Shown in pieces: positions 14,756-26,084 of a stretch of DNA of 64,000 nt (its first letter is position 1; every line of letters begins with the position of its first letter). The notes beneath the pieces are model-generated. The model saw nothing but the letters and a program-made list of their open reading frames with translations, searched no databases and had not been told where the DNA came from. The DNA lies in assembly GCA_964016885.1 (NCBI GenBank), contig OZ024746.1, positions 39,556,001 to 39,620,000 on the forward strand. The letters run 5' to 3'. A program made the translations under genes and the position numbers. The stretch comes from Eledone cirrhosa (Eukaryota).

Positions 14756-14758
<3 letters not shown>
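12245..14758. mobile_element. 5'-truncated PLE 3' end with ~1.2-kb inverted duplication, flanked by (TA)n
   Basis: Arms 12245-13440 and 13460-14646 are near-perfect reverse complements; right arm encodes KLLNNRIERTLFCRHRTK..* and carries a hammerhead motif. Confidence 0.75.
14492..14608 (+). ncRNA. Hammerhead ribozyme motif with long stem II (mirror copy on minus at ~12283-12400)
   Basis: TTATT-CTGATGA-aATGACAGT..~70 nt..ACTGTTATa-GAAAC-ACGT-GTC-AATAA. Confidence 0.6.
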
Positions 14759-14800
<42 letters not shown>

Positions 14801-15075
14801 TATAATTAAGCAATCGATAATGGTATGCATATAATAAAGCACTCCGGCGTAGAAGCCTGTAGGTTAGAATCTACATCATTATACTGATTTCATAATCGCT
14901 GCTATACGTATTTCGATGGTAACTGTTATGTAACAATCACGATCTCATTAGACAGTTATTTCATGAACAAAAAATTTCATGAATAAATATTACATATCAA
15001 TAAAAATTACTCATGCAGTTTACATACAGTGAATTGACACGGACGGGTTAATGGTGTTGTTTCCTCAAAGCCCTG

Positions 15076-15293
<218 letters not shown>

Positions 15294-15404
15294 CGTCGTT
15301 AAATGAATATTTAAACTCTACTTCGGTATTAAATACTCTTTCTCGCATCCGTCTTCATTTTTAATAGATATCAATTTCAAAATTTATATCCAAAACATAA
15401 TTAT

Positions 15405-15471
15405 CTTATCTGATGAACGGGCTGGACGTTTCTGTAAGCATCGTCTAGTTTCTTGAAACCCTTGTTAAAGG
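15405..15471 (+). ncRNA. Degenerate hammerhead motif in PLE tail remnant
   Basis: CTGATGA..GCTGGACG/CGTCTAGT stem..GAAAC-CCTT-GTT; stem I imperfect. Confidence 0.4.
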
Positions 15472-15537
15472 AATAATTATACTGTGTTTTTTATTATGTA
15501 ATTATATACACACACACAGACATATATATATATATAT

Positions 15538-15616
<79 letters not shown>

Positions 15617-15617
<1 letters not shown>

Positions 15618-15774
15618 CGGAGGAAATGTGGTAAGGAACCAGGTGGACCATAACGCACCAAAGTACTCAATACTTAGGGTAGTAGAGTGGGTAATAGGAA
15701 CGAGTAGGACCCCGACGGCTGAGCTCAAGCCGTTTCGACGGCTAATGAGCTCAGCCGTCGGGGTCCTACTCGTT

Positions 15775-15777
<3 letters not shown>
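15617..15777 (-). mobile_element. Fold-back PLE-like tail (family T) in (TA)n
   Basis: ATAGGAACGAGTAGGACCCCGACGGCTGAGCTCA repeated in inverted orientation; (TA)n both sides. Confidence 0.65.
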
Positions 15778-15812
<35 letters not shown>

Positions 15813-16198
15813 GTGGACGGAATCTCAAATGAACTGCATCGAATTCGTCCGTTCCTTTGACGATAGCCTGTATTGCATTAGAAATGTTACATAACCTTAT
15901 TACTTAAGATGCTGTCTGAGAAAGTCGTGCTGGAGGTTGCGTGATGACAACATTACTATGTATTATGCCAAAATATGAATAAAATGAATAAATATACATC
16001 TGTTATGAATCGCCAGATCGGATTTGAAAGGATTCACATGTCGTTGAGTGATGAATCTAATTGCAGCATCGTTTACAGATTAATGCGTTGCATACACAAC
16101 ACTTGTTAGTCATCAATATATATATATATGTATATTTGAATCTCTCTCCCCCTCTCTCACTCTCTTTCTCTCTCTCTTTCTCTCTTTCTTTTTCTCTC

Positions 16199-16294
<96 letters not shown>

Positions 16295-16669
16295 TGTGTG
16301 TGTAGAAGCGACGCTTCTATTTCTATTTCAATTCTAAAACTTTGCTCGCCACGTTCCAAACATATTTCCTTTATATATATAATTGGCGACGAGGACCTGA
16401 AAACGACTGGGAAAATTGTCTAGAAGTAACTATTGATTAGATAAAATAACAATAAACAGTAGAGATATGTAGAAATAAAGGCCATGAGTGGAGCCATTTT
16501 TCACACAGAGATACACATGCACGCACACACACACACATACTCTCTCTCTCTATTTCTCTCTCTCTTAATTACATACTCGCACATTACAAACACATACATA
16601 CATACACAGACACGAGTATAAGTAAAGGAAAAACAAAAGCATAAATAGAGGAGAGAGAGATAGATAGAT

Positions 16670-16734
<65 letters not shown>

Positions 16735-16967
16735 AGTTAGAAAGAGGAGAGATTAAATGATTAAGACGGAAACGACGAGAGGAGTAGGTGAGAATGTAAA
16801 GAAAAACCAACAAAAAACAAAAAAAAACAGAGACCCTGATGGAGTGAGGAGAGATGGCAAACAGCCGGGGAAAGAAGCAATGAAGAAAGTTAGTGTTGGT
16901 GAGGAAGTAATGGGAAATGGATAAGGAGATTGCATGATGTTGCAAACAGATTAACAGACAAGGTGGT

Positions 16968-17044
<77 letters not shown>

Positions 17045-17586
17045 AAACTAGAGGAGGAAGAGAACAAGAGAAACAGAAAGATTGTAGTGAGAGTGTGTCG
17101 TAAGACCAGGGCCTAAAAGAGGGGGCCTAGCCAGTACTTTGTTCCGGGACCCAAGAGCTAAGAAGACTCCTGGGTCTCCTGCCCGTAAAATCTGTCCAGC
17201 GATTCTTTCCTGAGACATTCTAACCAGCTGTGATATCTCAATTCGGAAACAATAACAACATATATCGTGTTAACTTAATAATTAACTAAACTCTCTGTCT
17301 GAAGATATCAGTATTTCTGTCTTTTTAGAAGCTATCAATGTAGATTTGATATTTGGAAACTTGGGAATAAAAAAGATTCTTAAGAATTACGTTGTTGAGA
17401 AAGTATAGAAAAAATAATAAAAAAAATAAAAAAATTAGATAGGAAGTTCTAGAAAAGAAATTGTCAATTACAGATGCATAAGAATTTGTAAAAATGTCTA
17501 TGATGAGCAAAAGATACAATCTCTAATTTTACAAATTCTATGTTTTGGCCTTGAAATAAATCTTTTTTTCCCATTTTCTTTCAAAG

Positions 17587-17627
17587 AGACTCTTTCAGCG
17601 GATGGTTTTAAACAACTTTGTCAGCAG
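17587..17627 (+). CDS. Candidate short exon of host gene
   Basis: Long pyrimidine tract ..ttttctttcaaag|, donor CAG|gtgaga; joins 8821-8870 in frame (..HKVLETLSADGFKQLCQQ); frame RLFQRMVLNNFVS also open. Confidence 0.4.
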
Positions 17628-18044
17628 GTGAGAGTTTCTCTGCTCATACTCTACTCATTGCTTGAGAAATATTTATTCATTGTATTTGTAACATCTTTTA
17701 CTTGAGTATTTATCACAATGCACAGTTAATTCTGTTAATTCTAAAATAAATATTTCTTGACATGCTCGAAGATAATAATCTTGAGGTTATATAACCTCCA
17801 AGGATGAGAGTTTAACTTCAGTTTCATGGCCTTTAGTAGATGGCAGGTGAAATATATGGCACTTTGAACAAGATACAAGTCTAATTCAAGTAAAATCCTT
17901 AGATGATATGGTGCTCTTTCTTAACAGCTAGGTCAACCGAGCTGTGTAGAATGAAGTACACTTACCAATATATTGATTTCTAATTTAGACACGAAACTAG
18001 CATATTTGGGAGAAGAACAAAGTTTAACAAAACACCCCCATATT

Positions 18045-18177
18045 CAGTGCTGAGTTTAGGACAAATGAGGCCCAGAAAGAGATAAACAAATTTTTTGGTA
18101 GAAAGATGACTTTTTTGCCCCTACCAACAGAGCACTGTGTTTAAGCACGCCTAAGCACAATGGTAAATCCGGCACTG
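18045..18177. mobile_element. hAT-like MITE
   Basis: Termini CAGTGCTGAGTTTA ... TAAATCCGGCACTG; relative at 21847-22022. Confidence 0.55.
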
Positions 18178-18886
18178 CTTAATTGTTTTCAACCTTGGAA
18201 GAATGAAAGTCAAATTCGACCTTGACAATATTTGAACACTCAACGTAGAAAGTCGCAACTAAATACCGACTTTTCCCAAGTCAAGAAACGCCTGATGGAT
18301 TTGAACTTAAAACCTATGAACAAGCCATCACTCAGCTTTTTAACTGCTACATTATAATTTATTTATTTGGCCCCACTTAATTACTAGTATTTATTTTAAG
18401 AGATAGCGATAGCCAAGTGGATAAGGAATTGAATAACATATATCTTTATTTACCACTTTCACATTTTCATAAACTATACTATTTACAGTAGAAACATTAT
18501 TTCTTACATCTTAAGCAAGGATATTTCCCTTTCTGAAGTAAATTGTATAATCATACAGAAGAAAAACAAGGGAAAGGATGTGAATACACAAAAGTGAAAT
18601 AATAATATTTAGAGAAACTGTTGAAGCATTGAAAAGAAGCGACTGTTTATTTCCCATTCTAATGCTTCCAAATTAAATTAGTAATGAAAGTATTTTGTTG
18701 TAATTCTAGTAGATTTGTTTTAGTTGGCCCATGAGAAATGATGTTCTGGCAAAGAATTACCAGCTATGAGTAAAACCTTATATAGATGTAAAAATAATCA
18801 TTATAATATGGTTAGAATAGACAATGCTTCCTCATTGCAAAGGTTATATTCTGCGGGTATGTCAACATTTATAAAACAAATTTTGT

Positions 18887-18950
18887 ATTTTATCTGATGA
18901 AAGCGCACCAAAATTTGCCTTGGTTGCCCTTGAAATATATATAATAAAAT
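18887..18950 (+). ncRNA. Minimal type I hammerhead ribozyme motif
   Basis: ATTTTAT-CTGATGA-stem II (AAG..CCAA/TTGG..CTT)-GAAA-TATATA-TA-ATAAAAT; 7-bp stem I, palindromic stem III. Confidence 0.6.
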
Positions 18951-19063
18951 AATTATGGTTTTATAAATATAGTTTCCATTTATTAATATAATATATATAT
19001 ATATATAAATTTAGTAGAATCGCAGTCAGTGTTACAACATATATAGTTACACACCTAGCACAC

Positions 19064-19102
<39 letters not shown>

Positions 19103-19749
19103 TAATGATTTCTAATATTCGTTAGTGTTCTAATCGATAGAAATGCGCTTTGTTTTTTGTTTTTTTATTATTGGGCATGCGTAACCGGAAGCTTCAGACA
19201 GAGCATTACATTTTATATTATATAATATAAAAATGGATATATTAATTAGATCTTAATTAAAGGAAAGTGCTTTTGCTAATTTCTGAGAAATAAATATAAT
19301 CACCCACCATTCAATAGTAATTATGACAGCGTTTAATTAATGTATTCGTAACCTCTTTCTAGCGTCTGGGGGGAGCAACTAGACATGCATCAAGTCTTTG
19401 ATATTTTAAATGCTTCAAGCGTGATAATGATAATGTATTTAATAGTTTAATATGTGCTGATATTTCACATGAATTAACAATTCTCAATTCGTTATATTTC
19501 CATTCCATTACTTTAATCTTTAAATGATATTTTTTATTCCATAAGATTTTCTGTTATCTTCATGAGACACCAGCTTGTTCTTAGCATATGCTCTTACAAT
19601 TTAAATCAATCCATAACCAGTCTGTGAAAGTAACATGTTTGGGTCGCCTTGGTTTCTCCCGCCGTCAATTCTGTGGGCCTAAAATAAAAATGACGTGCCA
19701 ATCCATAATGACCTCATATCCATGATCCCGAAGTTTCCCGAAAATTTCC

Positions 19750-19890
19750 GAAGTTTCCATCTATCAAATTCCACTCGCAAGGCATCGATCAACCCCAGGC
19801 TATAAAAGAAGTGTCGCACAGCAGGATTGAACTCAGAACCACGTGTTTGCGAATTGACCTCCTGAACCACACAGTCCCATGCCTGTGCTT
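19750..19890 (-). mobile_element. Degraded tRNA-derived SINE (family C)
   Basis: A-box-like start, GAGTTCAATCC B-box, tail GAATTTGATAGATGGAAACT; relative at ~3990-4110. Confidence 0.5.
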
Positions 19891-19989
19891 ATATTAAGCA
19901 ATAATGGATGACAGGCTAAAAATTACTTATTGAAGAAAGAAATATTTTGTCCACAAATCTTTGCCTTGTGAGATTAATCGTGTCACATT

Positions 19990-20297
19990 ATTGGCAGTAA
20001 AGACAGAGCATGGGGTAACATGCTTTGCAGCATATAGTTACGTCCCTTTACCGAGGTTAGTTTTTGCATTTTATCCTTAGGGGATCGACAAAATAAAATA
20101 CAATTTACGCAATTGTGGGGGTGGGATTTATTCGACTTTCCCCTCCCCCAAAATTGTTGATGTTGTGCTAAATCAGATACCGTAAGGATGAAAGGCGAGG
20201 TTGACTTTGCCTTTCATCCTTACGGGGTCGATAAAATAAAGTACCAGTAATGCACTGGATAATTGCTGGCCTTGTGCCTAAAGAAGAAACAATTATT
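19990..20297 (+). mobile_element. Two SINE family A pieces with a short inverted junction
   Basis: Degraded copy then CGTAAGGATGAAAGGC..GCCTTTCATCCTTACG hairpin and normal 3' end. Confidence 0.7.
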
Positions 20298-20693
20298 TTT
20301 GAAACAATTTATTGAATGCATTACATTAAAGGTAGTTGAAACGGTTTCACCTCTAAATACTGATTTGTGGATCCTTGAAGCATTTTTATTTTATTTTATG
20401 ATATAAAAGTTAAAATCGTTTTTATGTAAAATATCAAATTCGTTTTTGTTTTCGAAACTTAATATTCTTTTATGGCGTCTTTGATTTATTGAATACCTTC
20501 AGCTAGTGGACGGAAGTTGTCGACGCCATTGTTTTTGGCCCATAGGAAATGTTTCTAAAAATATACTAACATTAAACTCTTGCCTGTCTATTTATAGAAC
20601 CATAAGAAGTGAAGTATCAGTCTCACAATTTGCAAGGCGTCTAAAGCGTTGTTCCTTCACTATCACACACGAATACATACCATATATCCACCT

Positions 20694-20727
<34 letters not shown>

Positions 20728-20816
20728 GCGCGCGCACCACGAACGCACATACACACACATAAGTACGTATCTAAGTAAAGCTTAGATATATATATATACT
20801 CAAATAGTCACACATA

Positions 20817-20875
<59 letters not shown>

Positions 20876-21369
20876 AGTAGGGGTGGGAGAGAGAAGCATA
20901 AAAGCAAAAGTATAGTGATATACATACATGCACACATCCACCCAACTCATCAAATCTCTTCTAACTTAGCCCCTCTCTCTTCTATCTAGCATATATCTCC
21001 TGTCCTTGCTTCCAGTAGGATTGTTTTCTTTATCTTTATTATATTACTGGCTGTAAAAAGGCACAGATTATTTCTAATATTTTTTTTTTTGTCTTCCTAA
21101 CAATAACATCATTGCTTTAACGTTTAAACCTAACATACTTAACGACACAAGTGAGTGCTATCAAATACTGATACTCTTGTACACATGCACGCACAGAAAA
21201 CAAATACACATACATACACGCACAGACAAATACACACACATGCACGCACAAACAAATATACATACATACACAGACACAAATGCACACACATGCACGCACA
21301 AACAAATACGCACGCACACACATACAAGCGCACTCTGGAAAACACGTGTATGCCGGCGTGTGTGTGTGA

Positions 21370-21447
<78 letters not shown>

Positions 21448-21607
21448 GTATGTATTCCATTTCCCTAATAACTGAGTATTTTTGCATCCCTGTGTTTGTT
21501 TTGTTTCATTTATCAACTATGTGTGTATGTATGTATGTATGTATGTACACATACAAACTGGTATTTCAATTTGTGTATATACATAAGCTAGATGTGTATA
21601 TTTACAG

Positions 21608-21710
21608 CTTTTATTCTAGAGTAGACCAAGTCAGAAATTTCCTTCATTTTGATTTGGGGTGTGCTCATACATTACTTGATACTATGGAAGAATTATTTGG
21701 AAACATTTAA
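21608..21710 (+). CDS. Candidate terminal coding exon of host gene
   Basis: tatttacag| then FYSRVDQVRNFLHFDLGCAHTLLDTMEELFGNI* in non-repetitive DNA. Confidence 0.4.
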
Positions 21711-21846
21711 ACATCATTTAATCTTAGAAGCAATATTGGTTTAAATATAATTGGTTATTCTATTTGTTTTATTATATTGTATATGAGATATGTTTTTCTT
21801 TAGATGTTAAACAACTTTAGATGGTAGGCAGTAGATGTGTATGACA

Positions 21847-22022
21847 AGTGCTGGATTTAGGACAAATGAGGCCCTGTGCTATAATTAAGTTATGAGGCCC
21901 CTTACTTGGGCCCTGAAGGAAAAATTCATCGTAAAAAAAATTGTTCACAGGAAGATGGGCCGCCCTGGTAAACGAGGTTCTGTGCTTAAGCACTTCTAAG
22001 CACAATGGTAACTTCGGCAATG
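21847..22022. mobile_element. hAT-like MITE, same family as 18045
   Basis: Shared TTTAGGACAAATGAGGCCC and TAAGCACAATGGTAA. Confidence 0.55.
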
Positions 22023-22329
22023 ATATTCTCTATTTTTATCCATGTTAGCAATCTTGTTTATTATTGGTTCATTCACGATATATACTGCCTTATTCTATCC
22101 TGAGTACAGGAACAACTAGTGTGCATTTTGAAATGAATATTCTTGTTTATGATAGTTGTATTAAGATAGATTTTAGAGATAAAATATTTATATAAATAAT
22201 GTGATAATAATGAGAACTGAAAATATGATATACTAATTTTAGAGGTGGTAGTATTTGGTTTTGCTCCTAGTGTTTTATGTATGTATGTATGACTTGCAGG
22301 GAAGGTTGTGGGATGAACTGTGAAGAAGT

Positions 22330-22560
22330 GTTATTGTTTCTATCTGGATATATTATTGGATTTAAATGTTTTATGAGTTTTCTGTCTGCATGTAGATATT
22401 TTCTCGAAATGTCTGTTTATATTTCATTTCTTACTGTATATAAAAGCAAAATGTTTCGGTCGTGCGAAGGTCACAAGCCTTTTCATTTCCAATTATATAC
22501 TTTAGTTTTTGCTATTATACTCGATTTTTTGTGTATAAAGATGTATCATTACATCTATTA
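22330..22560 (-). pseudogene. Decayed PLE endonuclease C-terminus
   Basis: SIIAKTKVYN..KACDLRTTE..INRHFEKISTCRQK with frameshifts. Confidence 0.45.
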
Positions 22561-23426
22561 AAATATACACCTACGAAGTCACAAATCTCAGCTGAATCGT
22601 GAGTATTTATATTGATGTCGAATAGAGCTGTTGACGATAGGAAATATCATAGTGCAAGTCTGTTTGTCGAGAAAACTTCAATAAGTCTATTCCTTTCTCT
22701 TTTGCGCTAGAAATGGTTTTAACATAGTAAATAGTATCCATAAGTAAAATTTTAGTGATAAATAAGTAGTATTTTAATGTTTAATTGAAGAACTTGCACT
22801 ATTCCGTTCCCAGATTAGATTAAAAAATTCTATTACTGTATTGTGGTTCCTTTCGGTATATAATATTTAATCCACATGTTATGTTTGACCCTTGGTTGTT
22901 TATTTCGTTGAATTTGTTCCATATAACTTTCCTGTGTGTCAAGGATTTTCTTTCGTTGTTTAATTCTCTTTATCCTTTTTTTCTTTCCTATTCCTTTTTT
23001 GCTCCATTTAAGTATTATTATTTTTTTAATTATTCGTACATATACGTTACTTTTCCAGCTGCAGTTCGCTAGATGGGGAAGGCAGCAAAAAGGCCCCTTG
23101 TGGTTTTGGAGTAGGAGAGAGAAATAAGCTGAAAGCAGAAGATAGTAATTTGGCCAGGACTGCTGACTCACCAGCGAGAGTGTGTTACGGTTGAAGGTCG
23201 ACGAAAGACCCACTGAAAGATGGATATCAGCACCTCCTAGCTGAGGCTATGTTCACCGGAGGTGAATGAATGTGACGCATCTTGAAGATGAAATTATGCC
23301 TACACGTCACATTTCCAGCTATGACGGAATTCAGGAACTCAAGATCCTCGTTGGTAATATCGGGTGAAATGAATATGAAACGAATAAGTAATACAGCTCA
23401 ATATACGCTGACGCATCCAGCAAGCT

Positions 23427-23457
<31 letters not shown>

Positions 23458-23729
23458 AAACACGAATGTACATTAATGTTTGCGGCTCCACTCGGCACAA
23501 TAACGCTATTACATCCCACGGGAAATATATCTCCACCCCACCTCCTCTCTCTATGTATATATATATAGTTTATTTGTGTCTTTACTGGACCGTTTTCTGT
23601 TTCTCCATTGTGATCCTGTCTCTATTTTGTACTGCTGTAGAAGGGCTTAAGCCCAATACATCCAACTCTCTTTGTTCTTTCCAATATAAAGCGTAAAAGA
23701 CTTTTTGTATCTCTGTTTGTTGATATATA

Positions 23730-23856
23730 TAAGGGATAACAAAATATCGTTATATGTAATCCAGTTAGAGGTTGTGAATACTCCGTATTGTGGATCGTTA
23801 ATACTGTAAATAAAAGCCTTTTTTGTACTGTTGACCATGTTATTCTTCACTCTTTC
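23730..23856 (+). mobile_element. Dispersed repeat tail ending in (TA)n, probably PLE; relative at 47583-47786
   Basis: Shared GGATAAC..TATCGTT..GTAATCCA.TTAGAGGTTGTG and GTTAATACTGTAAATAAAA..GACCATG.TATTC.TCACTCTTTC. Confidence 0.5.
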
Positions 23857-23890
23857 TATGTATATATATATATATATGTGTGTGTGTGTA

Positions 23891-23944
<54 letters not shown>

Positions 23945-24334
23945 TGTGTGGGTGCATATGAAATGTCTCTGTATATGTGTATTGTTGCGTGTATTGGAAA
24001 GTTCAATGCCTCACAGTCATAGTTAGTTTCATTCACAGTCATAGTTAGTTTCATTCCGCACAGAAATCCTTGGGCTCTCTTTGTGATCTTTTGAAATACA
24101 GGTTTTATTTATATGGTTCAGAAGTATGAGGCGTGTGATTGTTTCTTTGGAAATATGTTTTATTTTTACTAGGTTTTGTTTGTCGCTAGTGAGTGTGAGT
24201 AAATAAGATTTTGGAAGTGTGACTGAGTTGGTCATGTTTGGGTTGGTATCAGAAAAAGTTGGATATCTTTGTCAGTGTGGTAATATATGAATGGGTGTAG
24301 TGAGTGAAATGACGATTAAACAGGCACTTTTATT

Positions 24335-24893
24335 TAGCGGGGGTGAGTTTTTTATTTGGGGGGGAGGTCCGTTTTTATTGGGGGTTCCGTTTTATATTGC
24401 GAGGTCCGTTTTTTATTTGAGGTGGGGGGCTCCGTTTTTTATTGGGGGGGGGGGGCCTTGGGGAGGTCCGTTTTTTATTGGGGGGGGGGGGTTATTTGGG
24501 GGGGGGCGTTTCTTATTTGGGAGGGGGCATATTTTATTAGGGGGTCCGTTTTTTTATTTGGGGGTCGTTTTTTATTGGGGAGGGTTCGTATTTTATTTGG
24601 GGTTCCGTTTTTTATTGGGAGGTCCATTTTTTTTATTTGGGGGGTCCGTCTTTTATTGGGGGGACCATTTTTGAGGGGGGGGGGGGGGGTTATTGGGGGT
24701 CCATTTTTTATTGGGGTGTCCGTTTTTTATTTGGGGAGGGTTCATTTTTTAATGGAGGAGTTCATTTTTTATTGAGCCCCCTCCAAATAAAAAGATGAAC
24801 TCCCCAACATAACAAAACGGCCCCGCCTAATAGAAAATGGATTCCCCCCAATAAAAAAGGACCCCCCCTATAAAAAAAACAGTCCCTCCCCAA
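24335..24893. repeat. G-rich ~20-bp minisatellite with strand switch
   Basis: Units like GGGGGGTCCGTTTTTTATT to ~24775, then reverse-complement units. Confidence 0.85.
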
Positions 24894-25365
24894 TAATATA
24901 TGAATATGTGTAATGTGTGAAATGACGATTAAAGAGGCACCAATATTTGTGAAATTGAGATTTATTAGGGCATAAAAAGCTTATGGTATAGAATTCAAAG
25001 TATATGCACTCACGCGTTTGCACATAAAGACACACTCACATATACACACACACACATACACGCATACACACATATACATATACATACAAGCACACATGCT
25101 CACACACACATAGATACATATATGTATGTATGTGTGTGTACTATGTGCCACCGTAAGCTCATATGTGAGTACATTTGACGTATCAAAAATAATAAATTTA
25201 CCCATTGAAAAACTTCTCATCAATAATCTTTGAGGACCTAAAAGCAAACACGCACAAAACTTTCACATACACATGCGACACGCGCACACACAATCCCACA
25301 TATACACGCATAGTCAAGCACACTTGCGTAACCGACAGAGTGCTAGTTATGTATATAGATAGATA

Positions 25366-25839
25366 TATTTCTTTATTAGCCACAAGGGCGCACAAGAAAA
25401 GGGGACAATACAAAGACATGCCGGGGATTTTACATACAGTCGTGTAAAAAATATAAAAACAAACAACAATCGAAATCCCCAATAGGGGGGAGGCTCCACA
25501 AATGGGTTGTTTAATACCCCGTCGATAGAACAACCCTCAACTCCAGGAGCGTGTTGTGCAAGTGCTCCTTTCTTCCTTTTGCTCTCTTCTTCAACCTACA
25601 GGCTTATAAACAGAGAAGGCCCAATCACTCGGGCCATTTTCGCTTCATTCACCCACCTTTCAGTAAATTTACTGGGATGCAGTGTCTCTCTCTCCACCCT
25701 GATTCTCCTTCTAAAGTGATACTTAAAGAAGGGAATCAATTGTTGTCCGGAGAGAAAGGCATCTGTTCTCAGTTCTCTCAACCTCGTCCACCATATAACT
25801 TCTTTCACCATAGCCACCTACTCTCTTTCGTTTTTGAAA
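25366..25839 (-). mobile_element. Tx1-like copy C, 5'-truncated (ORF2 end + 3'UTR)
   Basis: AMVKEVIWWTRL..GPSLFISL* homologous to A and B; ends GTGGCTAATAAAGAAATA(TATC)2. Confidence 0.9.
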
Positions 25840-26084
25840 GAGATAGATAGATATATTTCTTTATTAGCCACAGGGGCACAAAAGAAGGGGACAAATACAA
25901 AGGTATACAATAAAAACGTGTAAAATGTTATCACAAATGGAATTTAAAAAGTTAGTCGATTTTCCCCAATAGAGGGAGACAGTTTATATGGGTAACACAT
26001 ACCCCCGAAAAAAAATGTGCAACCCTCATCTCCAGGAGTACGAAGAGTTTGTACTCCTTTCCTCTCCTCCTCCTTTTCCTCAAC

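Noticed and set aside
24291-24775. Gly/Phe-rich ORFs as a structural protein
   Set aside because: Open in more than one frame because of G/T minisatellite composition; unit lengths are not multiples of three.
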